From contig JBAZKH010000001.1 of assembly GCA_041650935.1 (NCBI GenBank), positions 73,243 through 137,242 on the forward strand: DNA of 64,000 nucleotides. Direction: 5' to 3'. The notes beneath the pieces are model-generated. The model had not been told where the DNA came from, did no database searches, and saw only the letters and a list, made by a program, of their open reading frames with translations. Positions 1 through 9,624 of this stretch are shown here, piece by piece (position 1 is the first letter of the stretch; every line of letters begins with the position of its first letter). Both the position numbers and the translations under genes were made by a program. The stretch is from Candidatus Omnitrophota bacterium (lineage in GTDB: Bacteria; Omnitrophota; Gorgyraeia; 2-01-FULL-45-10).

Positions 1-1
1 C

Positions 2-634
2 GCCAAGGCCGGAGTGGGGCTATTTTTGAAGATCGGCGGCGTCGAATCGGTGAAGGACATCAAGGATTCGGTCGATCTCGGTGTCGATGGGATCATAGCC
101 CCGATGGTCGAGACCAAATTCGGGGTAAAGAAGTTCATGCAGGCTTTTGGTAGCATTTATAAAGACGAGCGGGTGCATCTTGCGATTAATATAGAGACCA
201 AAAATGCCGTTAACCAGATAGACGAGATACTGGAATACGCTAGTGGCAGGATCGATTCCATTACCATCGGCAGGACGGACTTGTGCGCATCATATTTCCA
301 TAAGAACGTGGTGCCGGACAGCGAATTTATAATGAATGTTCTCGAGATGGTCGGCGAAAAAACCAGGCGATATGGGATGGGGGCGGCAATAGGCGGGAGC
401 CTTGGCAAAACCAGCATAAACATCTTTAAGAAAAATAGGAGGATACTCGGGTTATTCGACAGGATGGAGACCCGCAAGGTCATATTGCCGTCAAGTGTGA
501 TGGTGGGAAATAAGAAAGCGATTAACGAAGCGCTCAGGTTCGAAGAGCTATACATACTGTCGAAGAAAGAGATAAACGACGTCTTCCTCGAATCGGAAAT
601 AGCAAGATTGACGCAGCTTGAAAGGAGGCTGTAA
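2..634 (+). CDS. PEP/pyruvate-binding TIM-barrel superfamily protein (HpcH/HpaI class II pyruvate aldolase-like), 5' end truncated by the window
   Basis: The ORF is open from the window start, with the first in-frame GTG at 14. Motifs GVDGIIAPMVET and ITIGRTDL resemble the HpcH/HpaI aldolase / citrate-lyase-beta fold. It sits directly upstream of two cytidylyltransferases. Confidence 0.5.
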   Translation, partial: AKAGVGLFLKIGGVESVKDIKDSVDLGVDGIIAPMVETKFGVKKFMQAFGSIYKDERVHLAINIETKNAVNQIDEILEYASGRIDSITIGRTDLCASYFHKNVVPDSEFIMNVLEMVGEKTRRYGMGAAIGGSLGKTSINIFKKNRRILGLFDRMETRKVILPSSVMVGNKKAINEALRFEELYILSKKEINDVFLESEIARLTQLERRL

Positions 635-636
635 AG

Positions 637-1317
637 ATGAATAAAAATATTGCCGTAATCATACCGGCCCTGGACAGGAACAGGTATCACGAAGAAGGCG
701 ATCTGGTCAGGTTTGGCGACCTTACTTTGCTGGAGTGGAAGTTTATCCAGTTGGAAAAGTTCACAGATAAGAAGAATATCTATGTATCTACTCCCTCCCG
801 TAAAGTCGAAAAGGTGGTGAAGGAGTCCGGTATTAATGTTATCAGGCGTAAGAAAGGCATAGATCTTGCCACTACGGTATATGACTCCGTGAAAGCGGCG
901 AGCGGTGAAATAATAATGTGGACGCACGCGACATCCCCTTTTGTCAGTCATAAAGATTTCGATAATATGTTCAACAAGTTCATGCGGCTGCCGAAAAAGT
1001 ACGATAGTCTTATTTCCGTCTACAGGCTGCAGGAGATGATCATTTATAAAAATGAACCGCTTAACTTCGATACCGTAAAAGAATGCTGGAGGAGCGGCAT
1101 CGAGCCGGTCTACAGGATAACGAACGGTTGCTCGATAGCCAGGAGAGATACGTGCCTGAAATACAAGAACCATTTCGGGATGAGCCCGTTTTTATTCGAG
1201 ATCGACATACTATCGTCGATGGAGATAAAGGACGTCGAGGATCTTCCCATAGCGAACGAGATGATATCGCTCTTTATAAAAAAAGAGATCGGTGCGTCCG
1301 CGCGGAGCCGGGGATGA
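637..1317 (+). CDS. Acylneuraminate/CMP-sugar-acid cytidylyltransferase family protein (CMP-NeuAc / CMP-Kdo synthetase-like)
   Basis: N-terminal IAVIIPALDRNRY resembles the IAIIPARxGSKxxxxKN signature. The size of 226 aa fits the family, and there is an ATGA stop/start overlap with the next gene. Confidence 0.65.
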   Translation: MNKNIAVIIPALDRNRYHEEGDLVRFGDLTLLEWKFIQLEKFTDKKNIYVSTPSRKVEKVVKESGINVIRRKKGIDLATTVYDSVKAASGEIIMWTHATSPFVSHKDFDNMFNKFMRLPKKYDSLISVYRLQEMIIYKNEPLNFDTVKECWRSGIEPVYRITNGCSIARRDTCLKYKNHFGMSPFLFEIDILSSMEIKDVEDLPIANEMISLFIKKEIGASARSRG

Positions 1318-2054
1318 CCGGTATGAAAATCGCTGCTCTATTGACAGGAAGAGGCGGCAGCTCGCTGCGCGATAAGAATGTCCGTAAGGTGCTGGGCAAG
1401 CCGCTCCTCGCTTATCCGGCCCTGGCTGCTACCGGCGCCGGGCGCATAACATTTTTTTATGTCAGTAGCGACGATAAGAAGATACTCGATGCCGCGAGCA
1501 GGTATGGTTATGTGAAGATCAGGAGGCCGGAGTATCTTTCCGCAGCCTCTGCCCAGCACGGCGACGTCATTATGCATGCGCTTGAAGTGATGGAAGAGCT
1601 GTACTCTGTTATTCCCGATGTTCTGGTTGTCCTCTTGGCCAACTCAGCCTGTGTGAAGACCGAGTGGATAGACGATTGCATAAGGGAGATAGTAAAAGAC
1701 CGCACTCTGTCGGCAGTCGTGCCCGTGTGTGAAGATTCCGACCATCATCCGTTCCGCGCAAAGAAGATGAGCGCGGGTGGATTGCTTGTGCCGTTCTTCG
1801 ATTTCGGCAAAAAGAAGGTATCGACCAACAGGCAGGACCTGGACCCGGCATATTTTCTGTGCCACAATTTCTGGGTCCTCAATTTAAAGAGATCTGTCTT
1901 TTCAGAGGGCGGCCAAAAACCATGGGAGTTTATGGGGAACAGAATAAAACCTTATCCCATAAAAGAATGCTGCGATGTCCATTGCGAGAAAGACCTGATA
2001 AGGACGAAAGAGTGGATCGCGCAGAACCTTAAGAAAAGTAAGCGAGGTAAGTAA
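1314..2054 (+). CDS. Second cytidylyltransferase (CMP-NeuAc synthetase family)
   Basis: Internal start ATGACCGGTATG gives MTGMKIAALLTGRGGSSLRDKNV, matching the GRGGSKGIPGKN-type motif. The stop of the previous gene overlaps this start (ATGA). The ORF-track start at 1083 is an upstream out-of-family extension. Confidence 0.7.
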   Translation: MTGMKIAALLTGRGGSSLRDKNVRKVLGKPLLAYPALAATGAGRITFFYVSSDDKKILDAASRYGYVKIRRPEYLSAASAQHGDVIMHALEVMEELYSVIPDVLVVLLANSACVKTEWIDDCIREIVKDRTLSAVVPVCEDSDHHPFRAKKMSAGGLLVPFFDFGKKKVSTNRQDLDPAYFLCHNFWVLNLKRSVFSEGGQKPWEFMGNRIKPYPIKECCDVHCEKDLIRTKEWIAQNLKKSKRGK

Positions 2055-2056
2055 TT

Positions 2057-2962
2057 GTGAAAATATTGATCACAGGCGGGACAGGGCTTTTAGGCAAGGC
2101 ACTCGTAGAAACCAACAATAGCGTTCGCGATATAACGGCTGTATATATCGGCAATTACGCCATGCAGGACGGCAGCAGTGCAAAATATATAAAGGCCGAT
2201 ATATGCGATAAAGATGCCATGGGCGATATCTTCGCCTCTACTATACCCGACGTCGTTATACATACCGCAGGGGCGGCGAATGTCGATTTTTGCGAAAAGA
2301 ACCAGGCCTCCGGACGCCGGGCCAACGTTTATGGGACCGAAGTCATAACATCCCTGTGCAAAATATACGGTTCGAAGATGGTCTTTATATCGACGAACGC
2401 CGTTTTCGATGGTAAGAATGCTCCTTATTCCGAGGCCGCTGCGCCGTGCCCGCTGAATATTTACGGTAAGATGAAACTGGAGGCCGAAAAGATAGTCTCC
2501 TCGAGCGGGCTTAAATACCAGATAATAAGGCCGATATTGATGTACGGCTGGAACGATGAGCGTGAAAGGGCTAATCCGGTAACGTGGCTTATAAATAAAC
2601 TCAAGAATAAAGAGACGGTAAATATGGTCGATGATGTTTACGAAAACCCGCTATTCAGTAATCACTGCGCCGAGATCATCTGGGCGCTCATCGATAAAAA
2701 TAAGGAAGGCTATTACCATGTGGCCGGGACCGATGTTGTGAACAGGTACCAGTTTGCTCATATTGTCGCGGAAATCTTCGGACTGGATAAAAACCTGGTA
2801 AAGGCGGTGCCTAGCAGCTTCTTCAAGGATATTGCTCCCCGACCCGCGAATACAAGTTATTCTACGGCGAAAGTCGAAAAGGATCTGAATATTAAATTGC
2901 CGGGCCTGCGAAAGAGCCTTGAACTCATGAAGAATATGAAAGGCGCAGGATGCCCAAAGTAA
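2057..2962 (+). CDS. RmlD-like NAD(P)-dependent sugar reductase/epimerase (dTDP-4-dehydrorhamnose reductase family)
   Basis: GTG start; KILITGGTGLLGKAL Rossmann motif; ~300 aa; catalytic YGKMK region. Confidence 0.65.
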   Translation: MKILITGGTGLLGKALVETNNSVRDITAVYIGNYAMQDGSSAKYIKADICDKDAMGDIFASTIPDVVIHTAGAANVDFCEKNQASGRRANVYGTEVITSLCKIYGSKMVFISTNAVFDGKNAPYSEAAAPCPLNIYGKMKLEAEKIVSSSGLKYQIIRPILMYGWNDERERANPVTWLINKLKNKETVNMVDDVYENPLFSNHCAEIIWALIDKNKEGYYHVAGTDVVNRYQFAHIVAEIFGLDKNLVKAVPSSFFKDIAPRPANTSYSTAKVEKDLNIKLPGLRKSLELMKNMKGAGCPK

Positions 2963-3885
2963 GCGTAGTCATACCCGCGTATAATTGCGAGCGGTTCATA
3001 TCCGGGGCGATAGACAGCGTTTTCAACCAGACCTACGGGAATTACGAGATTATTGTAGTGAACGACGGCTCTAAGGACAGGACGGCGGAGATACTTTCCG
3101 GCTATGGTACCCGTATTACGAAGATAGACCAGCCGAACAAAGGGCCGGCCGAGGCTAGGAATGCGGGAGTCCGGGCCGCGCGCGGTGAGTACATAGCTTT
3201 TCTCGACCAGGACGACGAATGGCTGCCGCATAAGCTTAAGGCGCAGGTGGAACTTATGGATAAGAACAGTAGGGTGGGGCTTGTTTATAGCGATACCTAC
3301 ATAATCAGGGATTCGGAGTTTTCGCATGCCGGTACGAAAAGTCGGCGCAGTTTTCAATCAAGGCGGCCGTATAGGGGTATGATTCTCGAGCGGTTGTTCA
3401 TGGATAATTTTATTTCGACGTCATCCGTTATGGTCAGAAAAGAATGTTTTGCGAAGGCCGGCATGTTCGATCCGGCGATAGTTCCTTCAGAAGACGTCGG
3501 CATGTGGCTGAACATAGCGGCTTTTTATGAAACCGACTATGTCGATATGCCGCTGGTAAAATTCAGGGACCATGTTGCGTGTTTCAGTTCCAATAAGGTG
3601 CGGACTTTGACCCACATCATAGACATGCTGAACAATACTTTAGCCGGGCACCCTGTTCTTAAAACCTCGCTGGGGCGAAAAGCTGCGGAACGAGTTTCCG
3701 ATTTTCATGTCATGCTGGGGAAAGCGTATCTTTCGAAAATGAAATTCAAAGAGGCGTTCGGCAATTTTAACGCCGCTTTAAGACTTGCGGGGTCCCCGGC
3801 GATGCCATTTAATATTTTGTTCTCTTTTATTGCGGAGAGTTTTTTGGACCTATTACGGCGTTTTAAAACCGCGGCGCGTGCTTAG
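2950..3885 (+). CDS. Family 2 glycosyltransferase
   Basis: VSVVIPAYNCERFISGAIDSVFNQTY...IIVVNDGSKDRT...LDQDD is a classic GT2 (DXD) N-terminus. Confidence 0.8.
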   Translation: MPKVSVVIPAYNCERFISGAIDSVFNQTYGNYEIIVVNDGSKDRTAEILSGYGTRITKIDQPNKGPAEARNAGVRAARGEYIAFLDQDDEWLPHKLKAQVELMDKNSRVGLVYSDTYIIRDSEFSHAGTKSRRSFQSRRPYRGMILERLFMDNFISTSSVMVRKECFAKAGMFDPAIVPSEDVGMWLNIAAFYETDYVDMPLVKFRDHVACFSSNKVRTLTHIIDMLNNTLAGHPVLKTSLGRKAAERVSDFHVMLGKAYLSKMKFKEAFGNFNAALRLAGSPAMPFNILFSFIAESFLDLLRRFKTAARA

Positions 3886-3917
3886 GGAAATGGTGTTAAA
3901 TAAAGAAAGGGAATGGA

Positions 3918-4883
3918 ATGCGTAGAAAATTGCTGGATATACTGGTATGTCCGAAATGTAAAAAGACGCTGACGCTGAAGGATGAGGTTGCCTCCGGCGA
4001 ACGGATAAAATCCGGCACCCTGAAATGCCGGGGGTGCGAGGCTTCATATGAAGTGCGGGATTATATACCGCGTTTCGTCGCTTCCGATTCGTATGTCGGG
4101 AACTTCAGCCTGGAATGGACGATCCATTCCAGGACGCAGGTGGATAACGCTTATTCGCAGGAGTCGCTCAAGACCTTTGCGCAGAAGACCGGGTTCGCGC
4201 GTGAAGATATACGCGGCAAGCTTGTCCTCGATGTCGGATGCGGCTCGGGCCGTTTTGCCGACATAGCCCTCAAGTGGGGAGGCGAAGTGGTGGGTGTGGA
4301 TATGAGTTACAGCGTCGATGCGGTCCGTAAGAACTTTGCGAATAAAGATAAGCTGGATCTTGTCCAGGCCGATATCTTTTACCTGCCGTTTAAAGATAAT
4401 GCGTTCGACATAATATACAGCATAGGCGTTCTTCACCATACAAAGGATTGTAAGGCCGCCTTCAAGCGTCTGCCGTCCTTATTAAGGAAAGGGGGCAAGA
4501 TCGCCATATGGGTCTATTCCGCGCACCTCTATCGCGGCATAGACGCCCGGGTGATGGAATTATACCGGCAGGCGGGGTCTAGGCTGCCGAAGAGGCTCTT
4601 ATATCTATTATGCGCTATGGCATCATTCTCTTATCCTTTATGGAACGGCCGTTTCATGTATAAATTCTGGCACATGGTGCTGCCGGGTTTTTTATTCCAT
4701 TCCGTGCCGGTGCTGACCGATTACAGGAAATACGACTGGCGCTTACTCGATAATTTCGATTTCTATTCGCCGAGATTCCAGTCGAAACATTCGTATCCCG
4801 AGGTCTTCTCCTGGTTTAAGGAGGAGAACCTGACGAATATTAAACCATTGGACTTCGAAGTTGCGGTGCAGGGTGAAAAATAA
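3918..4883 (+). CDS. Trm112-like zinc-ribbon fused to class I SAM-dependent methyltransferase
   Basis: N-terminal LLDILVCPKCKK...CRGCE is a Trm112/UPF0434-type CxxC..CxxC knuckle. It is followed by VLDVGCGSGRF (methyltransferase motif I). Confidence 0.7.
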   Translation: MRRKLLDILVCPKCKKTLTLKDEVASGERIKSGTLKCRGCEASYEVRDYIPRFVASDSYVGNFSLEWTIHSRTQVDNAYSQESLKTFAQKTGFAREDIRGKLVLDVGCGSGRFADIALKWGGEVVGVDMSYSVDAVRKNFANKDKLDLVQADIFYLPFKDNAFDIIYSIGVLHHTKDCKAAFKRLPSLLRKGGKIAIWVYSAHLYRGIDARVMELYRQAGSRLPKRLLYLLCAMASFSYPLWNGRFMYKFWHMVLPGFLFHSVPVLTDYRKYDWRLLDNFDFYSPRFQSKHSYPEVFSWFKEENLTNIKPLDFEVAVQGEK

Positions 4884-6018
4884 GGCCAGGATCCTATATC
4901 TTGTTAACCACCTGCGCTACGGCGGCGCGGAGATAGGGCTCCTTACCACCCTCAAGAATATAGACCGGGCCAGGTTCGACTGCTCGGTGGTAAGCGTGGA
5001 GAAAAAGGGCGAGGTTGCCGAAGAGATAGAGAGCGCGGGGATACCGGTAACGTATCTCAATACGCGCTCCGCGCTCTATAATTTGCCGGCCATCCTGGCG
5101 GTCCTGGATATTATAAAGAAGGAGCGGCCCGACATACTGCATACATCGCTATTCTATTCGAATTTTTTCGGCAGGATCGCCGCGCTGATGCTCTTTGGAC
5201 CGAAGCCCATTATTATAACGGAAGAGCGGAGCATGTATACGGAAAAGCGGTTTTATCATGTTATTATAGATAACCTCCTTAGCCATGTGACCGACAGGAT
5301 AATAGCGTGCTCGAAATCGGTCGTCGATTTTACCGCGCGGCAGGAAGGAATAAGAAAAGAAAAGTTTCACCTTATCTATAATGCGGTTGATTCGACCAGG
5401 TTCGATATACCGGAAACCAAAGATGCGATAAGACGGCGGCGCGGGTTTTCGGAGAGAGATTTTATCGTTGGTACCGTCGGGTCAATTATACCCAAGAAAG
5501 GGCACAAGTTCCTGATAGACGCGTGCGCCGGTCTGGCCGGCGACATCCCGGAACTGAAATTGGTAATAGTGGGCGACGGCGAGATTAGGACGCGCCTTGA
5601 GCGTTACGTGAGCGCGCAGGGGCTGGCCCAGAAGATAAAATTCCCGGGCCAGAGAAAAGATGTACCGGAAATCGTAAAGATGATGGACGTATTTGTCCTG
5701 CCGTCTTTGCAGGAAGGTTTCCCCAGGACGCTTGTGGAGGCGATGTATGAGGCCCTGCCGGTCTGCGCCGCGCGGATAAGCGGCATACCGGAACTTATCC
5801 GTGACGGCGAGAACGGCTTTCTCTTCGAACCGGGCAATGTGACGGAGATAGCCGAAAAGATATTTATGCTATATAATAATGCGGACCTGCGTAACAGGAT
5901 CGGAGCGAGCGCCAGAAGGACGATAGAGTCAGGATATCTTCCGGCGGACTACCTTAAGAGCCTGGAAGGCCTTTACGTGGACTTATTAAAAAGAGGAACA
6001 TCGAAAGCGCGATGGTAA
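4861..6018 (+). CDS. Family 4 (GT-B) glycosyltransferase
   Basis: RILYLVNHLRYGGAEIG N-terminus; C-terminal GT4 region LPSLQEGFPRTLVEAMYEALPV...ENGFLFEPGN. The start is ambiguous: TTG at 4861 or GTG at 4873. Confidence 0.8.
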   Translation: MRCRVKNKARILYLVNHLRYGGAEIGLLTTLKNIDRARFDCSVVSVEKKGEVAEEIESAGIPVTYLNTRSALYNLPAILAVLDIIKKERPDILHTSLFYSNFFGRIAALMLFGPKPIIITEERSMYTEKRFYHVIIDNLLSHVTDRIIACSKSVVDFTARQEGIRKEKFHLIYNAVDSTRFDIPETKDAIRRRRGFSERDFIVGTVGSIIPKKGHKFLIDACAGLAGDIPELKLVIVGDGEIRTRLERYVSAQGLAQKIKFPGQRKDVPEIVKMMDVFVLPSLQEGFPRTLVEAMYEALPVCAARISGIPELIRDGENGFLFEPGNVTEIAEKIFMLYNNADLRNRIGASARRTIESGYLPADYLKSLEGLYVDLLKRGTSKARW

Positions 6019-7136
6019 AGAATAAGAATATAAGGATTCTTAACGTTGTGGGCGCCAGGCCCAATATGATGAAGATAGCTCCGCTTCTCGACGAGATGCG
6101 AAAGCGCAGGGAGATAGAGCCGCTCCTTCTCCATACGGGCCAGCATTACGACAGGCGGATGTCGAAAGTATTTTTCGAGGATCTTGCGATACCGGAACCG
6201 GACATATATCTGGGCTCGGGATCGGGGAGCCATGCCGAACAGACTGCCGGCATCATGGTCAAGCTGGAGCGCGTCCTTATGAAACTTGAGCCGGATCTCG
6301 TCGTGGTGGTCGGCGACGTAAATTCGACGCTTGCCGCCGCTATCACGGCCTCTAAACTCGCGATACCGGTTGCGCATGTCGAGGCGGGCCTGAGGAGCTT
6401 TGACAGGACGATGCCGGAAGAGATAAACCGTATAGTCACGGACAGCATATCCGATTATCTCTTTGCGCCGTCGCCGGATGCGGTAACGAACCTGATAAAC
6501 GAGGGTCATTCCCGCAGGCAGATATTTTTCGTCGGGAACATAATGATAGATACTTTGATGCGGCAGAGGTCCAGGGCAGAGCGCTCTGCGATACTGGAAA
6601 AGCTGGGCTTGGCGAAAGGCGAGTATGCGGCCCTTACGCTTCACCGCCCCGCAAATGTGGACGATCGCGCCAGCCTTGATAGTATCCTGACGGCCGTTGA
6701 GCGGATAGAGAAAGACATAAAGATAGTCTTCCCGATGCATTTGCGTACCAGGAAGATGGCGGAGCGGTTCGGTATGTTAAAGCGCATGCACAGGATGCGG
6801 AACGTTGTAATGACACACCCGTTGGGATATCTCGATTTTCTGAATATACTCTGCAAATCAAAATTCGTTCTTACCGATTCCGGAGGGATCCAGGAAGAGA
6901 CGACCGCGCTCGGTATACCGTGTATAACGTTACGTGACAATACCGAGAGGCCCTCGACTATAACGGTGGGGACTAACATACTCGCAGGCAATGATACAGT
7001 AAAGATAGTGCGGGCCGCCGGCAAGATCCTTAAGTCCGGCGGCAAACAGGGCAAGGTGCCGAAGTTTTGGGATGGCAGGACGTCCGGAAGGATAGTCGAC
7101 ATAATCACAAGAAAGGTTGGCCTAGCGCATGGATAA
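6012..7136 (+). CDS. wecB: UDP-N-acetylglucosamine 2-epimerase (non-hydrolysing)
   Basis: Motifs MKIAPLLDEM, LLHTGQHYD, DIYLGSGSGSHAEQTAGIM and HVEAGLRSFD are diagnostic of WecB/MnaA. Confidence 0.85.
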   Translation: MVKNKNIRILNVVGARPNMMKIAPLLDEMRKRREIEPLLLHTGQHYDRRMSKVFFEDLAIPEPDIYLGSGSGSHAEQTAGIMVKLERVLMKLEPDLVVVVGDVNSTLAAAITASKLAIPVAHVEAGLRSFDRTMPEEINRIVTDSISDYLFAPSPDAVTNLINEGHSRRQIFFVGNIMIDTLMRQRSRAERSAILEKLGLAKGEYAALTLHRPANVDDRASLDSILTAVERIEKDIKIVFPMHLRTRKMAERFGMLKRMHRMRNVVMTHPLGYLDFLNILCKSKFVLTDSGGIQEETTALGIPCITLRDNTERPSTITVGTNILAGNDTVKIVRAAGKILKSGGKQGKVPKFWDGRTSGRIVDIITRKVGLAHG

Positions 7137-8094
7137 AAGATTCAGGGTGCTTAACGGGAAGACGGTCCTTGTTACCGGCGGTGCCGGCGCCATCGGAGGG
7201 AACCTCGTAAAGTTTCTCTCCGCGCATGGCGCGAAGGTGGTCGTTATCGATGACCTCTCAGCCGGTTTCGCGGATAATCTTTCTTTAGGGCGGAAAGTGG
7301 TATTCTACGAAGATACCATCCTGAACGACGAGATCCTCAAGAAGGTCTTTAAGGAAAGGATAGACTATATCTTCCATCTGGCGGCACACTTTGCCAACCA
7401 GAATTCCATAGATCATCCCTGCGAAGATCTTTTAACGAATGCTCTCGGGACGCTGAAGCTTCTGGAGTACGGCCGGCGGCATGCGGTCAAGAGATTTATA
7501 TATGCTTCCTCGTCCTGCGTTTACGGTTCTACGGATAAAAAGATGACCGAAGACCTGATAACGAGACTGGAGACGCCATACGCCGTGTCTAAATTGACCG
7601 GCGAAGAATATGTCCATTTCTATCATCGTTATTACAGGATGAAAGCAACGGTCGTCCGGTATTTTAACGCATACGGGCCGGGAGACCCTCCGGGCAGGTA
7701 TCGCAACGTGATACCGAACTTCTTTATGCTGGCCGCTAAAGGCAAGCCGCTTGTAATAACGGGCACCGGCCGTGAGACGAGAGATTTTACGTTTATGGAT
7801 GATGTCATCCGCGGGACGGTGCTTACAGTCACCACAGACGCATCTATGGGCGAGATATATAATATAGGAAGCGGCAGGGAGACCGAGATACTGCGTCTTG
7901 CGAAATCGATAAATAAGATAACCGGCAGCAAGGCAGGCATAGAATTTACCGCCCTGCGTAAATGGGACGCTATACGGAAGAGGGTTGCCAACATAAAAAA
8001 GTCGCGGAATCAATTGGGCTATGAACCGGTCGTCGGGCTGGAGGACGGCCTTGCCAGGACGTGGACGTGGTTTAAGGAAAGGTACGGCGTTTAA
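7129..8094 (+). CDS. NAD-dependent sugar epimerase/dehydratase (SDR; UDP-glucuronate decarboxylase-like)
   Basis: VLVTGGAGAIGGNLV; catalytic SSSCVYG ... YAVSKLTGE (S/YxxxK). Confidence 0.8.
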   Translation: MDKRFRVLNGKTVLVTGGAGAIGGNLVKFLSAHGAKVVVIDDLSAGFADNLSLGRKVVFYEDTILNDEILKKVFKERIDYIFHLAAHFANQNSIDHPCEDLLTNALGTLKLLEYGRRHAVKRFIYASSSCVYGSTDKKMTEDLITRLETPYAVSKLTGEEYVHFYHRYYRMKATVVRYFNAYGPGDPPGRYRNVIPNFFMLAAKGKPLVITGTGRETRDFTFMDDVIRGTVLTVTTDASMGEIYNIGSGRETEILRLAKSINKITGSKAGIEFTALRKWDAIRKRVANIKKSRNQLGYEPVVGLEDGLARTWTWFKERYGV

Positions 8095-8097
8095 TAT

Positions 8098-8832
8098 ATG
8101 ACGATAATACTCCTACCCGTTTATAACGAAGAAGAGAATATCGGTAAACTGCTGGAGCGTTTCGAGGCGCTGAAATTTTTTAAGAACGGGCTTAAGATAG
8201 TCCTTGTAAACGACGGGTCCAAAGACAGGTCTAAAGATGTCATAGAAACTTTCGCTCTCCGGCTGCCGATCCTTCTAGTAAATCACCCGGTCAATAAAGG
8301 CGTGACGGAGGCGATCAAGACAGGCCTTAACGAGGTCTCGAAATTTCTTAAGGATGACGACCTGGTCATTACCATGGATAGCGATAATACCCATGATCCG
8401 GCTTCGATCATAAACGTAATGGATAAATTCGACGAGGGCTACGATATAATAAACGGTTCCCGCTATTGCAAGGGCGGCAGTATGGTCGGGGTGCCGCTCT
8501 ACAGGTTATTCTTCAGTTATTCATGTAAGTTCCTCCTGACGAGAGTCTTTCCCATCGACGGGATACTGGACTATTCGATATTTTACAGGGGATACCGGGG
8601 GCGGCTCATACGCAAGGCCATCGAACTATACGGCGACAACCTTTTCCAGACAAAAGGTTTCGTGGGAATACCGGAACTGCTGATAAAAATGTCGCGTCTC
8701 GGCGGCCGCACCATCGAGATACCGCTAGTCGTAAGGTACGACATAAAATTAGGCGGTAGCAAGATGAAGGTTGCGAATACTGTCAAACACTATCTGGATA
8801 TGATATGGCTCTTAAAAAGACAGAAGCTGTAA
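8098..8832 (+). CDS. GT2 polyprenyl-phosphate glycosyltransferase (DPM1/GtrB/ArnC-like)
   Basis: ILLPVYNEEENIGKLLERF...VNDGSKDRS...TMDSDNTHDP is the DPM1/GtrB-type motif arrangement. Confidence 0.7.
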   Translation: MTIILLPVYNEEENIGKLLERFEALKFFKNGLKIVLVNDGSKDRSKDVIETFALRLPILLVNHPVNKGVTEAIKTGLNEVSKFLKDDDLVITMDSDNTHDPASIINVMDKFDEGYDIINGSRYCKGGSMVGVPLYRLFFSYSCKFLLTRVFPIDGILDYSIFYRGYRGRLIRKAIELYGDNLFQTKGFVGIPELLIKMSRLGGRTIEIPLVVRYDIKLGGSKMKVANTVKHYLDMIWLLKRQKL

Positions 8833-9617
8833 TGGCGAGAGATCACGAAGACTGGGATAAGATATGGGGCAGTGATCGCGTGCCCGACTGGGACTACCTT
8901 TCGCAGGTTATCCTGCGTATCCTGGAGGATGAGGCGGGTCCCATTAACGGCAAGGCTATGCTGGAGGCGGGCAGCGGCACGGGCAGGATATCGCTTAGAT
9001 TGGCCAGGGCGGGCGCGGCCGCAACACTGCTGGACAACTCCGCGCGCGCGATAGATTTTAGCAGCACGCTCTTTGCGCGCGACGGCAGGAAAGCCGTTAT
9101 AACCTGCGCGTCGATCGACGCGATGCCGTATGCCGCGGATTCTTTCGACGTCGTATGGAACGCCGGGGTGGTAGAGCATTTCATCGGCGGGGAGCAGGAC
9201 AGGGTATTAAAAGAGATGGCGCGGGTTTGCAGGCGGGGAGGGCTCATAGTTACGATAAATCCTTACGCAAAATCCATTCTCCACAGTTTCGGCAAATTTG
9301 TTATAGAACGGATGGGGCGGTACCCGTTCGGCGACGAAGTGCCCATAATAACGCTCAAGGATAAAGGCGGTATCCTGGGGTGCGAGCTGAAGAAACGCGA
9401 ATACTCCGCAGGCTTTATCGTGCTATGGGTGGGCATGTTCAAGAGACTGACATTGCTGCCGGCGGGAAAGATCTTCAGGCCCCTCGAGCGGTCGCTCAAC
9501 GCGATAGCCTGCTTTATCGACTCGTCTTTTTGCGGAAAAGTACTGCGGCGGGTAGATCTTATTCTCTCGAGGCTATTCGGCGGGTATCTGCTTGTAACGG
9601 TGTTTAAAAAGAGATGA
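8805..9617 (+). CDS. Class I SAM-dependent methyltransferase
   Basis: MLEAGSGTGRISLRLA (motif I) and VWNAGVVEHF. The start is either ATG 8805 or ATG 8832 (TAATG coupling). Confidence 0.65.
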   Translation: MALKKTEAVMARDHEDWDKIWGSDRVPDWDYLSQVILRILEDEAGPINGKAMLEAGSGTGRISLRLARAGAAATLLDNSARAIDFSSTLFARDGRKAVITCASIDAMPYAADSFDVVWNAGVVEHFIGGEQDRVLKEMARVCRRGGLIVTINPYAKSILHSFGKFVIERMGRYPFGDEVPIITLKDKGGILGCELKKREYSAGFIVLWVGMFKRLTLLPAGKIFRPLERSLNAIACFIDSSFCGKVLRRVDLILSRLFGGYLLVTVFKKR

Positions 9618-9624
9618 GGTAAGG

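Noticed and set aside
157-1173. 338-aa minus-strand ORF
   Set aside because: It fully overlaps the aldolase-like and cytidylyltransferase genes on the + strand, has low-complexity composition (S/L/I-rich) and no motifs. It is a shadow ORF in a strongly + biased window.
5973-6740. 255-aa minus-strand ORF (also 20927-21580, 52203-53042, 53228-53980, 56398-57300, 61531-62106, 38600-39262)
   Set aside because: All are antisense to + strand genes with diagnostic catalytic motifs (wecB, radical SAM, galT, nrdJ, fprA, GT2). They are typical GC-frame artefacts.
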